This document shows, in pieces, positions 8,908-20,588 of a stretch of DNA of 64,000 nucleotides. Both the position numbers and the translations under genes were made by a program. Under the pieces are notes generated by a model. It was given only the letters and a program-made list of their open reading frames with translations, was not told where the DNA came from and did not search any database. Numbering within the stretch: position 1 is the stretch's first letter; each line of letters starts with the position of its first letter. The stretch lies in contig CAKAER010000003.1 of NCBI GenBank assembly GCA_916438525.1, forward strand, positions 827,595 to 891,594, read 5' to 3'. Source of the DNA: an uncultured Catonella sp. GTDB taxonomy: Bacteria; Bacillota; Clostridia; Lachnospirales; Lachnospiraceae.

Positions 8908-9054
8908 TTCCTCCTTGAATTTGCATCCAGCATCCTTGCTGAATATATTTTAATATTTTTGAAAACTTTAGGTCTCTCTAAGGCCGTACACTCCGTCAGA
9001 TTGACTTTAAGTTTTACTTTCAAAGTATATATCGGTTACTCCCAAAAACTTTTA
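8908..9054 (-). promoter_or_regulatory. sigma28 promoter and CsrA-binding leader of flagellin 2
   Basis: TAAA-N14-ACCGATAT (9054-9029); hairpin CAGC-AAGGAT-GCTG (8941-8928); AGGA in the SD. Confidence 0.78.
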
Positions 9055-9065
9055 GCTTTTTTTAA

Positions 9066-9554
9066 TTATTTTTTCTGGTCCACAAAATATGTCGTTTCTC
9101 CAGTGTTTCCGCTCATATTGCTATAGTATTTTGTGACTGCATTGCTGTTAAGGTTATAACTTTTGATCTTCTCCCTGCTTTTAGACACCTTCATATCAAA
9201 CTTAGCCTGATTCCTTCTTTCAGCAGTCTCTATCTCCACTCCCTTATCTACAAGCAGTCTGATAAGCGCCTGAAGTTTCTCTATGCTTTTGCTGTAAGCA
9301 ACAGGATTTTCCTTTACTTTATCTGAAATTCTTTTGTAAGTAAGTTCAAACCCTTCATCTAATTTGTTTACTTCTTCAATAAGAAGGCTTTTTTTTGTTA
9401 TTACACTGTCAAAAGCCTCATCATCAAACTCAGCTTCATTTAGCAGGCGCTCCTGTAGCTCTGTAAGTTCAAGAATAGAAGTAAGTACCCTTTCTTTCTT
9501 CACTAACGAATCTTTCATAAGTTCTAAGTAATTAGCAATTTCTGTATTCATCAC
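9066..9554 (-). CDS. FliT/FlgN-like flagellar export chaperone
   Basis: Helical protein directly downstream of and overlapping fliS; C-terminal YFVDQKK. Confidence 0.6.
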   Translation of the reverse strand: MMNTEIANYLELMKDSLVKKERVLTSILELTELQERLLNEAEFDDEAFDSVITKKSLLIEEVNKLDEGFELTYKRISDKVKENPVAYSKSIEKLQALIRLLVDKGVEIETAERRNQAKFDMKVSKSREKIKSYNLNSNAVTKYYSNMSGNTGETTYFVDQKK

Positions 9555-9922
9555 GCTGTTTTAGCCACCTTCATTACCTGTGCCCAGACATCTCTGATTC
9601 CTCTGATATCTTCTAAGGCTTCGTTTAGCTTGTCAATATCTTTTTTAACATTTGCAACAAGCAGATTTCGTGATATTCTCTTATATATAAGGTCAAAATC
9701 CTTAGCCACCTCATACTTAAAATCAAGAGTTCCCTGAAGCTCCCAGATTATATTCTGAGCTTTAATTAAGTTGTTGTTGGCTTTTTCTATATTATTCTCT
9801 TCTATTCCCACCGCTGCCTGATTACAGAACTTGATAGCTCCATTATAGAGCATAAGCGTAAGTTCGGCCGGTGTTGCTGTATTTATTGCTGCTCCCTGAT
9901 ATAAACTAGCTGCATTTGCCAT
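9551..9922 (-). CDS. fliS: Flagellin export chaperone FliS
   Basis: TATPAELTLMLYNGAIKF, KAQNIIWELQGTLD. Confidence 0.93.
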   Translation of the reverse strand: MANAASLYQGAAINTATPAELTLMLYNGAIKFCNQAAVGIEENNIEKANNNLIKAQNIIWELQGTLDFKYEVAKDFDLIYKRISRNLLVANVKKDIDKLNEALEDIRGIRDVWAQVMKVAKTA

Positions 9923-9966
9923 ATCTTGGTTCCTCCGGTTTATAACTGTTTCTGACTACAATGTAT

Positions 9967-9993
9967 ATATCGGATAAAATAAATTTTACTTTA
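9967..9993 (-). promoter_or_regulatory. sigma28 promoter of fliS
   Basis: TAAA-N15-TCCGATAT. Confidence 0.75.
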
Positions 9994-10046
9994 GTATTTT
10001 TAAAAAAGGAATACCATTTTCATGATATCCCTTTAATCTTCATTTA

Positions 10047-11559
10047 TTACTTACCAAGCATGCTTGCTAACTTATTGCTTTGTGCATTCATTGTAGACAT
10101 TGCTTTTTCCATTGCCGCAAACTGTTTATAATATTTATCTTCCATCTTGTTAAGCTTATCTTCCATAGTAGTATATTCTTTTTTATACGTACTTGCTAAC
10201 TGAGTCATTTCTTTATCGTTGTAGAAACTCATTGCAGATGAAAGACTTGTTCCCTTCATGGCATCTGTCATCTTGTTGTAAAGATTTGTCATGATACCCT
10301 GGAGGGCTTCTGCAACCTCAGCCGGATTCTCAGTAAGAGCCTTCTTTAACTTGTCTTCTTTTGCAGCATACACACCATCTTCTGAATCTCCAAATATATG
10401 AAGCTGTCCTCTTTCCTTATAATCGGAAGAAGTCATAATTCCAAAGCTTGAAAGGCTGTACTTAGTTCCACCCTTTCCTTCAGAGTCTGCGCCTATTGTA
10501 ACAGAAGTCTGCATTGCAGTCTTCATTGCAGTAAGCACTTTGCCAAGTTTCTCATCTCTCCTGAGTATAGAATCCTTAATCTTCTTTTCCCAGTTCTCTA
10601 CATCTTTGTCGGACATTTCCTTCTTCTGATCTGCGGTAAGAGGCGAATATCCCCTTGAAGAACCTGCATAAAAAGATCATTCATCTCTTTTAGAATTGAA
10701 TTATATTCTTTTATAAAACTCTTAAAATTGTTATATATAGATTCTACATCTGTATTAGCAGTCACTGTTACACTCTTTCCTGAAGCACCGGAATCATAGT
10801 TGGCAGTAGTTCCTGTAAGAGTTATATTAAGACCATTTATATTGTTGGTATTAGTAGCTGTCTTATACTCTGCTCCGTCTACCCTGAATACCGCATCCTG
10901 AGCTTCAATCCTTGTAACACCTGTTCCATGAAGTCCAAGAGCAGTTAATCCTGAGGTAATAGGAGCATCATTTTTAGATTCTTCAATTGTAAACTTGTTG
11001 TTCTCGCCGGTTTCTTTAGATGATAAGTAAAATCTATGCTGATTAGCATCAAAGTTTACATTGATTCCTGCCTGCTTTGCAGCCTTTATAAAATCATCAA
11101 CTGTAGTATCACCATCAACTTCTAAGGTATACTCCTTGCCTCCTGACTTAAATTTAATCTCTGAACCAAGTTCAAAGCCAATATCTGTAAGCACAGAGTC
11201 TTTTTAATTTCATCATTAACTCTGATTCCTGTAATACTCTGTGATGTAGCAAGCTGTTTTACCTGAATCCTGTGGGTTCCATTAACAGCAGAGGCTTCTC
11301 CGGTAACCTTAGCTACATTTTCATCAGAGCTGGTCACCTTCTTAGTTCCATATGCACTTGAAAATCTAAGCGCAGAAACTTTATTTGTATAAAGTGAGTA
11401 TAACTTTTTATTCAGATCTTTCCACTTTTCCTGTTTCCAGTCAAGTTTAGTCCTTTTTCCTTCAATTTTATTAAGCTTGGTTCTCTGGGCATCCATGATC
11501 TTTTTTATCATGGCTTCTGTATCCATACCCGAATTCAATCCGGAAAGTCTTAACGGCAT
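10047..11559 (-). CDS. fliD: Flagellar cap FliD (split across three frames, probably by sequencing indels)
   Basis: MPLRLSGLNSGMDTE, AQDAVFRVDG, YYKQFAAMEKAMSTMN. Confidence 0.9.
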
Positions 11560-11570
11560 ATCCTTCCTCC

Positions 11571-11996
11571 TTATCTTTTCTCATCAACCACTATCCCTGC
11601 AAGATCATGTATCTTATTAAGTATGACATTGGTCCTTTCAGGCGGAATCTCTCTGATTATTTCTTTGGTCATCTCATCATACACTTTGATTGATATCTTT
11701 TTAGTTTCCTTATTATATGAAAAAGCCAGCCTTCTGTAGCCATTCTGCTGCTTAATCTTTTCATTTGCCTGATCAATCACGCTTTTAATACGACGCTTGG
11801 CCTCAGCATCAGAAATTTCTTCCTCATGCTCTCCAGCATCTGTATGACCTGTCTGTCCGGCTCCAGTCTGCCCTACTGCAACTACATCAATATCAAAATC
11901 TGCTTCCGTTCTCTCCGTACCGGAGTATCCTGTGCCTGCGTTAATGTCGATGCCTGTAGACTGTGCCAGTACACTTGGCATCATCTTAAGACTCAT
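11571..11996 (-). CDS. flaG: FlaG-family protein
   Basis: IKVYDEMTKEIIREIPPE...LAGIVVDEKR; ATG at 11996 after GGAGG. Confidence 0.88.
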   Translation of the reverse strand: MSLKMMPSVLAQSTGIDINAGTGYSGTERTEADFDIDVVAVGQTGAGQTGHTDAGEHEEEISDAEAKRRIKSVIDQANEKIKQQNGYRRLAFSYNKETKKISIKVYDEMTKEIIREIPPERTNVILNKIHDLAGIVVDEKR

Positions 11997-12067
11997 TTGT
12001 TCACCTCCATGTAAACTTATTTTTACAATCCATTGTTTTAAAACATAGAACACGCTTTCTATATAGA

Positions 12068-12094
12068 ATATCGACAATATATCTCATAAACTTA
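12068..12094 (-). promoter_or_regulatory. sigma28 promoter of flaG-fliD
   Basis: TAAG-N15-GTCGATAT. Confidence 0.7.
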
Positions 12095-12107
12095 ACCCTT
12101 ATAATTT

Positions 12108-12333
12108 TTATTCAAAAATTTTATTGAGGTTTTTCAGTGTCTGTTCGTTGATTGCAGATGCTTCCCTATTCGAGTTCTGTATCTGTTCAAAAAGTTCTTT
12201 TCTATATATTGCCACACTCTCCGGTGCTTTAATTCCGACTTTTACCTGTTCGCCTTTTACTTCAAGTATGGTAATTTCAATATTATTTCCTATAATAACG
12301 CTCTCTCCGGGCTTTTCTTGACAAAGCTAACAT
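12108..12333 (-). CDS. csrA: Carbon storage regulator CsrA (absent from the ORF track; one extra A in an A-run)
   Basis: AGGAGG RBS; MLALSRK/PGESVIIGNNIEITILEVKGEQVKVGIKAPESVAIYRKELF; directly after fliW. Confidence 0.9.
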
Positions 12334-12344
12334 ACTATTACCTC

Positions 12345-12812
12345 CTATTTATTCTTGTCTGCCTTCATTTTCTGTACTGAATCATAAATACTGAATTTAA
12401 CAGGATAATCTTCATTATTTACAATAATCTGTACACCCTTGCAGTTATTTGGATTAATAAGTAATGGTGCTCTGAAATTAGCTGTTGTCTTACCTGGATC
12501 TTCATGCGGTATGGTAATGGTTAAAAATGTAAGTAAATCTTCATCCTTAAATTCACCAAGTGGCTTTAAGAGTTCATCTTCGACTATCGGCTCATATTTT
12601 CCGGTCACCGAATACGGACTGATAACAGGCAGTGCCAGGCCTGCAAAGTCAAGCGACTGGAACCATGAAATAAGCCCTCCCGAACCATTATCAATGTCAT
12701 ACATTATTGTCCAGCGTTTCATATCTTCAAACCCTATAATTCCATTTTCAAAGGTAAGAATTTTATTTTCATCAATATCAACTTCTCCAAAAAATCTTGT
12801 CTGTACAAGCAT
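12345..12812 (-). CDS. fliW: Flagellar assembly factor FliW
   Basis: TRFFGEV, FENGIIGFE, WFQS, TANFRAPLLIN, KGVQII. Confidence 0.92.
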   Translation of the reverse strand: MLVQTRFFGEVDIDENKILTFENGIIGFEDMKRWTIMYDIDNGSGGLISWFQSLDFAGLALPVISPYSVTGKYEPIVEDELLKPLGEFKDEDLLTFLTITIPHEDPGKTTANFRAPLLINPNNCKGVQIIVNNEDYPVKFSIYDSVQKMKADKNK

Positions 12813-12874
12813 ACTTTCTACCCCTTTCTTTCCACCAAACTACTTATGCTTTTACTATTTATCAACAAACCACC

Positions 12875-14400
12875 TTATCTAAGGAAATCAAGCAGGGTAT
12901 TCTGAACCACCTTGGCCCCCGCCTGTAAAGATGCGTTATATATAACATTCTGGGCATTAAAATTAATAATTGTTTCTGTCAAATCTGCATTTTCATTATT
13001 TGACATAAGATCCGTAAAGTCATCTGTCTGCCCTGAGAGCCTCTCTTCTGTAAGATTAAGTCTGGCTCCCCTGCTTCCAAGATCTGCAATTGCTTTATTT
13101 ACTGTATCCTGAAACCCCCGTATACTGTCAAGAGCTTTTGAAAAGCTCTCCTGCATAACCTTTTCTTTAAGCTTAAATTCGGTAGTCATCTGTTCCTTAA
13201 GTCTTTTAAGACTCTCTAAGTCTTTAGTATCTGTGGTATTGGCAATAAGTTTATCTACTTCCTTTAATTTTTCTTCAACTGCATTTACATCTTCAATACT
13301 TGCAAGAATGCCATCTAATTCTCTTCCAATCTCATGCTTTATTGAATCTTTTGCCTGAGTATTAACCTGAAGACGCTGATTAAAGCCTACTTCATATTCT
13401 ATATCCTGATCTTCTTTTTTATAGTTTATAATCTTCTCTTCATCATCTACAGGATTACCATCCTCATCAAGAGGCGCAGCCTTGCAGTTAAAATAGTGTT
13501 CAGGACGTACATCGCCTTTTGCAAACTCAGTTTTGTTATACTCTACATTAAAGCTCTTTGCATTTCTTAACTGTTCAGCAGCTTCATCTGAAAGAATCAG
13601 TTCTCCTGTATCAGCCAGGTACTTGGCTCCTGATTCTGGTTTTTCATAAGCATTAGGGCTTTTTGAAGTAAGAGTATTACCCTCAGCATCCTCTGATGAA
13701 ATATCAATATTATCCTCATTACCATCAGAATCCTTATATGTAAGCTTAGGAAAATCTCCTGATGCAGTATCAAGCTTTTTATAAGCAAGCCTCAGATAAT
13801 TAATCTCTTTATTTTCTGCATGCTCTGAGAAATCATTATTTCCACCCGGCTCATAGTCTTTAACGGAATATCCTCCTGTTGTGCTGAGCCTTGATTTAAT
13901 TGCAGTTTTATCCAGGTCCTCAGTTATGGTATACTGTTTACTCTTATCATCATTAAGGTAAGTCAGGCTTGTATCAGTCTTATATCCTGTAAATACATAT
14001 CTTCCGGCATAGTTTGCATTACCTTCCTGATATATCTGCTGCCTGTACTGGGACATAGTCTTCATTATGCTCGCACGGTCTGCCGGAGTTAAAGTGCCGT
14101 TGGCTCCCTGGTTGCATGGCTGTGAAGTACAGTACACATATCAGTTATCTGTCTCAAAGCACTTTCTGTAGTCTGCATCCAGCTCCTTGCATCAGGAACA
14201 TTTTTCTTAAAATACTGTTTTATCTCTGTAAGGCTGTTGCGGAGTTTCAAAGCTCTTACGGCAACTATAGGATCATCAGAAGGACGCTGTATTTTCTTAC
14301 CGGTCTGGTACTGCTCTTCTATCTTCATCAGATTTACCTTGTTGGTATTTATATTGGAAAGAGTATTATTTGTCATTATCTGGTTTGTAACCCTCATCAT
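12875..14400 (-). CDS. flgL: Hook-associated protein FlgL (frameshift near 14120)
   Basis: MRVTNQIM..TGKKIQRPSDDP, GRYVFTGYKT, C-terminal TLLDFLR. Confidence 0.9.
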
Positions 14401-14432
14401 AACCTTAAGTCCTTTCTATATCACAGCATTTA

Positions 14433-16293
14433 CTATATCGCCATTTCATTTATCAGCTTATTATATATTTCATTCATTACTGAAATTACTTTAGCTGAAA
14501 GATTGTAGCAGTTCTTAAACTTAACAAGATCCATTGCCTCTTCATCAGTATCTACTCCGGAAATTGACAGTCTTTGATTGTCAATTGATTTGACAATCTT
14601 ATCCTGATTAGTAGAAAATGTTTCTGCCGTCTTTGTGTCCACACCTATATCTGATGTAAGTGCCTGATAGAACTCTTCAGGTTTTCCCTGGTCAAACATT
14701 GTCCTGTCTTTTTGCAGATTTTCAAGTTTCTTCATAACATCAGTATTTTCAATGCCTTCCGAAATTGTACCGGCAGCTGCAATAAGACTTGAATCTTCCC
14801 TGAATTTTCTTGTAACAGAATAATTATGTGCTGTCAATTTATAATAAGTTTCATCCTCAGAAGAAAATTCTGTTATTTCATTTCCATCCTCATCTTCTTT
14901 TCCGAGGGAATCTTAAACTTATAGTTTTTCACCTGTAACCTTGTCTATTCCATTGAAAAAAATCAGTCCCTTTGTTTCCATTTTAAATCTTCACCGGTTT
15001 TATGTATTTCATTAAATTCCTTTGAGAACTTTCTCACATAATTATTTAACTGATCCATATAATAGGAATTCCCTTGAAATTTACCTGTTCACCTATTTTA
15101 GCTACAACTTTATCTTCTTCAGTTATGTCCTTTTGTATAGGCTTATCTTCTTTTAGCTTAAATATATACTTAAATTTAGTTTTACCGGTATCAGGATCCT
15201 TCTCCATTTTTACATCAAATCCTGTGTATTCATACTCTTCACTTCCAACTGTAATTCGTCCCTTTGGCGGGAAGTTCATATTTTCTATGCTGTTTATATT
15301 AGTATCTTCCAAAGTAAGCTCTGTATCTCCCGCAGAAGCTTCTTTCACATTACATCTGAGAGAGCCCATATTATTGCCGTCACGCATCTGGAACAAAGCT
15401 CCAAGTTTTCCTCCTAAATTGCTGTTATGCGTACTAAAATCTTGTCCATCTGACCACTTAAGGTCATAAAGTCCTTCTACATCATTTATATTACTTAAGT
15501 AGTCTCTTGGTACTGCTTCAATCCTGTTTGCCTCATAATTATTTACCAGATAACCACCATTTATTTTCACTGTATAATGTGTAACACCCGAAAGACTGCC
15601 ACTCATTCCTTCCCCAATACGCTCTTCCTTAACTGTTACATTGGCAAGCTTTGACAGTTTGTCTACAATAAGATTACGCTGGTCTCTGAGATCATTTGCA
15701 AAACCTCCGCTTACCTCTATCATATTTATCTGCTTGGTAAGGGTGGCAATCTGATCACCATATGAGTTAATAGTATCTACGGTATTTTTAATATTAAAGT
15801 TTACTTCATTCTGAGTGTTCTTTAAATTAGCAGACAAATTGTTAAAATACTCAGTAAGTGCATAAGCCTGATTTACCATTTGTGCCCTTGCTGACTTACT
15901 TGCAGGGTCTTTTTCAACCTCAGACATACCATTGAACAGGTTCTTAAAATTGGTATTAAAACCACCCTCCTTAATTTCATTTAAGAAATTCTGGATGTTT
16001 TTAAGATAATATGTTCTTGCCTCATACTCTCCATTAATAGTATTAGCTGAACGGTATTTTAAATCATAATATTCATCTCTTATCTGGGATATTTTATTGG
16101 CTATAACACCTGTTCCCACCATTCCATAGCGCTGTGCGATTGATATTGGATCTTTGGCCTGACGGTTAACCTTTTGACGGCTATATCCATCAGTTTTTGC
16201 ATTGGTTATATTATGTGCAGTTGTATTGAGTGCTGCCTGATAGGTATGAAGTCCTCAAGTTCCTATATCTAATCCAAAAAATGTTGATGGCAT
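14433..16293 (-). CDS. flgK: Hook-associated protein FlgK, downstream paralog (several frameshifts)
   Basis: MPSTFFGL..TTAHNITNAKTDGYSRQ, ANDLRDQRN, RLSISGVDTDEEA. Confidence 0.88.
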
Positions 16294-16321
16294 ATATATC
16301 TCCTATCTGCTGTTATTGGCA

Positions 16322-18224
16322 TCAGCTCCCAAGTTTTGTTACTACGTGTTCAAGCATCTCATCTATTACAGTTATATATCTGGATGCCGCATTAAAAGCC
16401 TGTTGAAATTTTATCATATGCGTAAGCTCTTCATCTGAAGATGCTCCTATAACCTGCTGCCTCTGGTTATCCACACTTGCCTTGGTCACGTCCTGGCTTT
16501 TTGCTAAAGCCTTTATAGTATGACCTGTATTAGCAATCTCTGAGGTAAATGAAGTATAATATTCCATCAAAGTATTTTTAGTAAGTGTATTAGGGTTTAA
16601 CACTGCAAATTTGTCATTCCATACCTTGTTCAGCTTTGCAGCTATATCCATACTGTAATCACCTGTATTGGTATTGTAGCTTAACGGAATAAGAGAAACA
16701 TTATCCCTTATCTTCCTATTTACTTCAAGCTCTCCCATTGAGTACATAGAATACTTTGAGCCTTCATCATCCGGATTGTAATCCTCACTATTATAAAGCA
16801 TTACCTTTTTACCATTCATTTCTAAATCAAGTTCCTTGTAACGTGGCATGCTTTTTCTTTCAAAAAGGGCATTACCGGCTGTTTTGGAACTATCTGAGCT
16901 TACCGGCGCATGCTTTGTATCAAGAATAGACACCTTATATCTGCCTGTAGGTCTGCCCAAAGCATCTTTTTCCTCTATTTTATATTCGTCTAAATCATTA
17001 ATATCTATAGGGGGAATTTCATCTCCTTCGAGTATCTTTCCTTCTGAATTTCTCCAGACTACATTACCGCCGTCTGTCCAGGTCGCTGTAAGATTAGGTG
17101 CAAGTACATTGTTAATCATGGTTGTAAGCCCATGAATAAGCTGGTCAAACTGCGCCTCTGTATTGGTTAAAAGAGAAGGGGGCTATCTTATTATTATAAT
17201 TTATTTTTGCCTGTTCAAAAGCCCTCATTGCTTCTATATAATACTCATCCTCTTCGCCGTCTTCATAATCTTCCGGCTTTGGTTTAACAGGTATGTCGGT
17301 GTACCTTCCCTGTCTTCCCCTTGAAAGCAGTAATCCCTTAAGTGACCCTATGTCCGTATCTGATGCTGAATTTGGTGGAGTATTAAAATCAAATACTTCC
17401 CTTCGTTCACCCTTATCATTTGTATCAAAATTCCATACCGGTGTATGCAGATTCTGCTCATCATCAGTAGTTTTAAGCCCTATCTCATTTATTCCAAACT
17501 CAGTCACGAACTGTGTTCCTTCAATAGTAACAAGGACTGTACCATCTTTTACTTCCTTGTAGTCCATTTTTACATATCCGCCAAGTTCATCAAGCAGTTT
17601 GTTACGTTCATCTCTGTAGTCATTAGCAGAGTGACCTCCTGCTTCTTCTTTTCGTATTATGGCATTTAACTCATCAATCTTCCTGCCTATCTCATTTACC
17701 CTATCTACGGTATTTTTAATTTTGAGATTGATGTCCTGTCTATAGCTCTTAAGCTGTGTAACTATATTCTGACAGCGTTCTATGAAGGTATTGGCTGTTT
17801 CTACGAGTGAGGTTCTTGCAACTACACTTTCAGGCTCTTTTTGCAATTCCTGCACTGACTTCCATAAGCCTTCCATGGCACTCTGAAATGTAGTGCCCTG
17901 CAGCTCTCCAAAAAGGTTTTCAATCTCAGCTATGGCCTCAGCCTGAACCTGATAAAAACCCTGTCTTCCATTTTCTCTTCTATAAGAACCATCAAGAAAT
18001 CTGTCTCTTAGCTGCCTTATTTTATCTATAATTGAGCCATGTCCTGTCTGATCCATTCTCTTAACAGTTGCTGTTTTTTCGTATTCTTTATCAACTGTAA
18101 GCACCTGCTGACGTACATAGCCTTTTGTATCCACATTTGTAATATTGTGTGCTGTTGCATTTAAGGAGCTCTGTGCCGTATTAAGTCCCGAAACTCCTAC
18201 TCCAAAACTTGTCATTAAACCCAT
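16322..18224 (-). CDS. flgK: Hook-associated protein FlgK, upstream paralog (frameshifted)
   Basis: AHNITNVDTKGYVRQ, ANDYRDERN, GASSDEELTHMIKFQQAFNAASR. Confidence 0.88.
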
Positions 18225-18264
18225 ATCTTATCTCCCGGATTATAATCAAATTCCATATAAGTTA

Positions 18265-18776
18265 TCAGCTTTTTGCATCAAACATTCCCTTCCCGGTTCC
18301 CTGAATCTCCACCTCAGAAGCAGTATTATACTGTCCTACGCCCGGTGATGTTCTAAGACTTTGCAGCAAGTTGATATCAAAGTCAATCATTTCAATAGAC
18401 TGTCTGATAAGCAGCTGGTTTCTCTCATTTAACATAGTCAGAGTATCAATGGTTCTCTTAATTTATCATGAAGCCTTCTTAACTCTTCCTGCTCTTTTTC
18501 CTGCCCTTTAAGCAGGTCGATAATAGTAATGAAATTAAGTTCACTTTCCTTCTTGTTCATTACTATGCCTATATTACGAATGACCTCCTGTCTTTTCTTT
18601 TCCAGCTTGCTGATTTTGCCAACTAACTTCTGCTCTTCATCAGTAATCCCGGTTAAAGACTGGAGGTCATTATTTACTATTATCTGGGTTTTCTTCTCGG
18701 CAATAGGAATAATCTCACCATAAAACTTTTCCTCATCACCCAGAACCATAATTAGTTCTTCGATTAAGCTTGCCAT
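18265..18776 (-). CDS. flgN: FlgN export chaperone (frameshift near 18440)
   Basis: MASLIEELI..L.DEE; lies between flgM and flgK; the alternative frame ends MFDAKS*. Confidence 0.8.
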
Positions 18777-18810
18777 AGCTCCTCCGCGCATTTTATATGC
18801 CTAAACTTAT

Positions 18811-19086
18811 CTATACCGCAAAATATCCTTCCACAAGCTTGTCAGCTATATCTCTTCCAGATACGGAATATGTACCTTCTTCGATTGCTGCCTTAAGTCT
18901 TGCAACCTTTTCTGCACGAATATCAGAAGCAGAAGCTACTGCCTGCCTTGCAACCTGAAAAGTCTTAGCTGCATTAGATATTTCAACAGTATCACTGCCC
19001 TTATCAGCCTTAGATACAACCTCCGCCTTTCTTGCCTTGCTTACATTGTAAGCACTTGCAACCTGTCCATAATTATCTACTCTCAT
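18811..19086 (-). CDS. flgM: Anti-sigma28 factor FlgM
   Basis: DTVEIS, DIRAEKVARLKAAIEEGTYSV, IADKL. Confidence 0.93.
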   Translation of the reverse strand: MRVDNYGQVASAYNVSKARKAEVVSKADKGSDTVEISNAAKTFQVARQAVASASDIRAEKVARLKAAIEEGTYSVSGRDIADKLVEGYFAV

Positions 19087-19178
19087 GTAATCACCTTCCA
19101 TCTATAAATTTAGGTTAGAAAAAAAGTCTGCCGATAAACAAATCTTCTTACCAAAGTTATTTAGTATCTCTGATTTAT

Positions 19179-19205
19179 TTATCGACAAACTTTGCAAATA
19201 CTTTA
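19179..19205 (-). promoter_or_regulatory. sigma28 promoter of the flgM operon
   Basis: TAAA-N15-GTCGATAA. Confidence 0.75.
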
Positions 19206-19256
19206 GTCCAAATCTAAAAAAATCACAAAAAACGAAAATCTTTCCCAAGGCCATGC

Positions 19257-20515
19257 TTATTTTTTTAATCCGGGATAATCCAGCGTTGCAAAATAATCAG
19301 CCGGGGTTTCTGCTCTTCTGATAAGTTTAACTTTTCCGTTTTCAGTCTTTAAAAGCTCTGCTGACCTTAATCTTCCATTATAATTATATCCCATTGAAAA
19401 GCCATGTGCACCTGTATCATGTATTACCAGATAGTCGCCCATATCAATATGCGGTAACATCCTGTCTATTGCAAATTTGTCATTATTTCACAAAGCGAGC
19501 CCGTTACGTCATATTTAAACTCTTCTTTTTCATCTTCCTTACCAAGCACCGTTATGTGATGATAGGCTCCATACATAGCAGGACGCATAAGATTTGCCGC
19601 GCAGGCATCCACTCCTATATATTCTTTATAAATATGCTTTTCATGGATAGCTTTTGTTACAAGATGTCCGTAAGGCGCAAGCATAAAACGCCCAAGTTCT
19701 GTAAATATGCTGATATCTCCCATTCCATTTGGCACAAGAATTTCCTCAAAAGCTTTTCTTACACCTTCACCTATAACAAAGATATCATTTGGTTTCTGTT
19801 CAGGACGGTAAGGAACTCCTACTCCGCCTGAGAGATTAATAAAGCCTATATGCACATCACATTTTTCCTTAAGCTCAACTGCCAGTTTAAAAAGCTCTGC
19901 TGCAAGCATAGGATAATAATCATTGGTTACAGTGTTGCTTACTAAAAATGAATGAATACCAAACTCCTTTACGCCAAGCTCTTTAAGACGTGTGAAAGCT
20001 TCGAACATCTGTGTCTTTGTCATACCGTACTTGGCATCATTTGGATTGTCCATTATATCATTACTTACCTTAAATACTCCTCCCGGATTGTAGCGGCAGC
20101 TTATCTTCCCAGGGATTCCTGCACATTCATTAAGAAAATCTATATGGGTAATGTCATCAAGGTTGATTATTGCTCCAAGCTCTCTTGCTTTTACATATTC
20201 TTCAGCAGGAGTTACATTTGAGGAAAACATTATGTTTTCACCTGTTATTCCACAAGCCTCACTCATCATAAGCTCTGTAAAGGGAAGAACAGTCTGTACC
20301 AAAAACCTTCTTCCTTAAAAATATCTAAAATATATGGATTAGGAGTTGCCTTTTACTGCAAAATATTCCTTAAAACCTTTATTCCAGCTAAATGCCTTCT
20401 TAAGGTTCCTTGCATTTTCACGAATCCCTTTTTCATCGTAAATATGAAAAGGAGTTGGATAGGTTCTAGCTATTTCTTTAACTTCATTTAAAGTCACAAA
20501 AGGTATTTTTTTCAT
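19257..20515 (-). CDS. lysA: Diaminopimelate decarboxylase (frameshifted)
   Basis: MKKIPFV..YPTPFHIYDE, INLSGGVG, ELGR, RPAMYGAYH, TGSLCE, DTGAHGFSMGYNYN. Confidence 0.9.
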
Positions 20516-20588
20516 ACTTCCTCCGATTATGGTATACTTGTATACAATACTTATATGGTATTATATCTGGTAAGCTTTGTCAACCTTA

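Noticed and set aside
6300..12812. RNA-guided TnpB-derived repressor (TldR) associated with csrA/flagellin
   Set aside because: No TnpB/RuvC-like ORF lies in or near the cluster, and I saw no guide-like match to the flagellin promoters.
8087..18776. Frameshifts in fliC2, fliD, csrA, flgL, both flgK and flgN as phase variation or loss of motility
   Set aside because: The same single-base indels occur in lysA, tkt, trmB, aroK, the M3 peptidase and others, so long-read consensus error is the simpler explanation. Short-read polishing would settle it.
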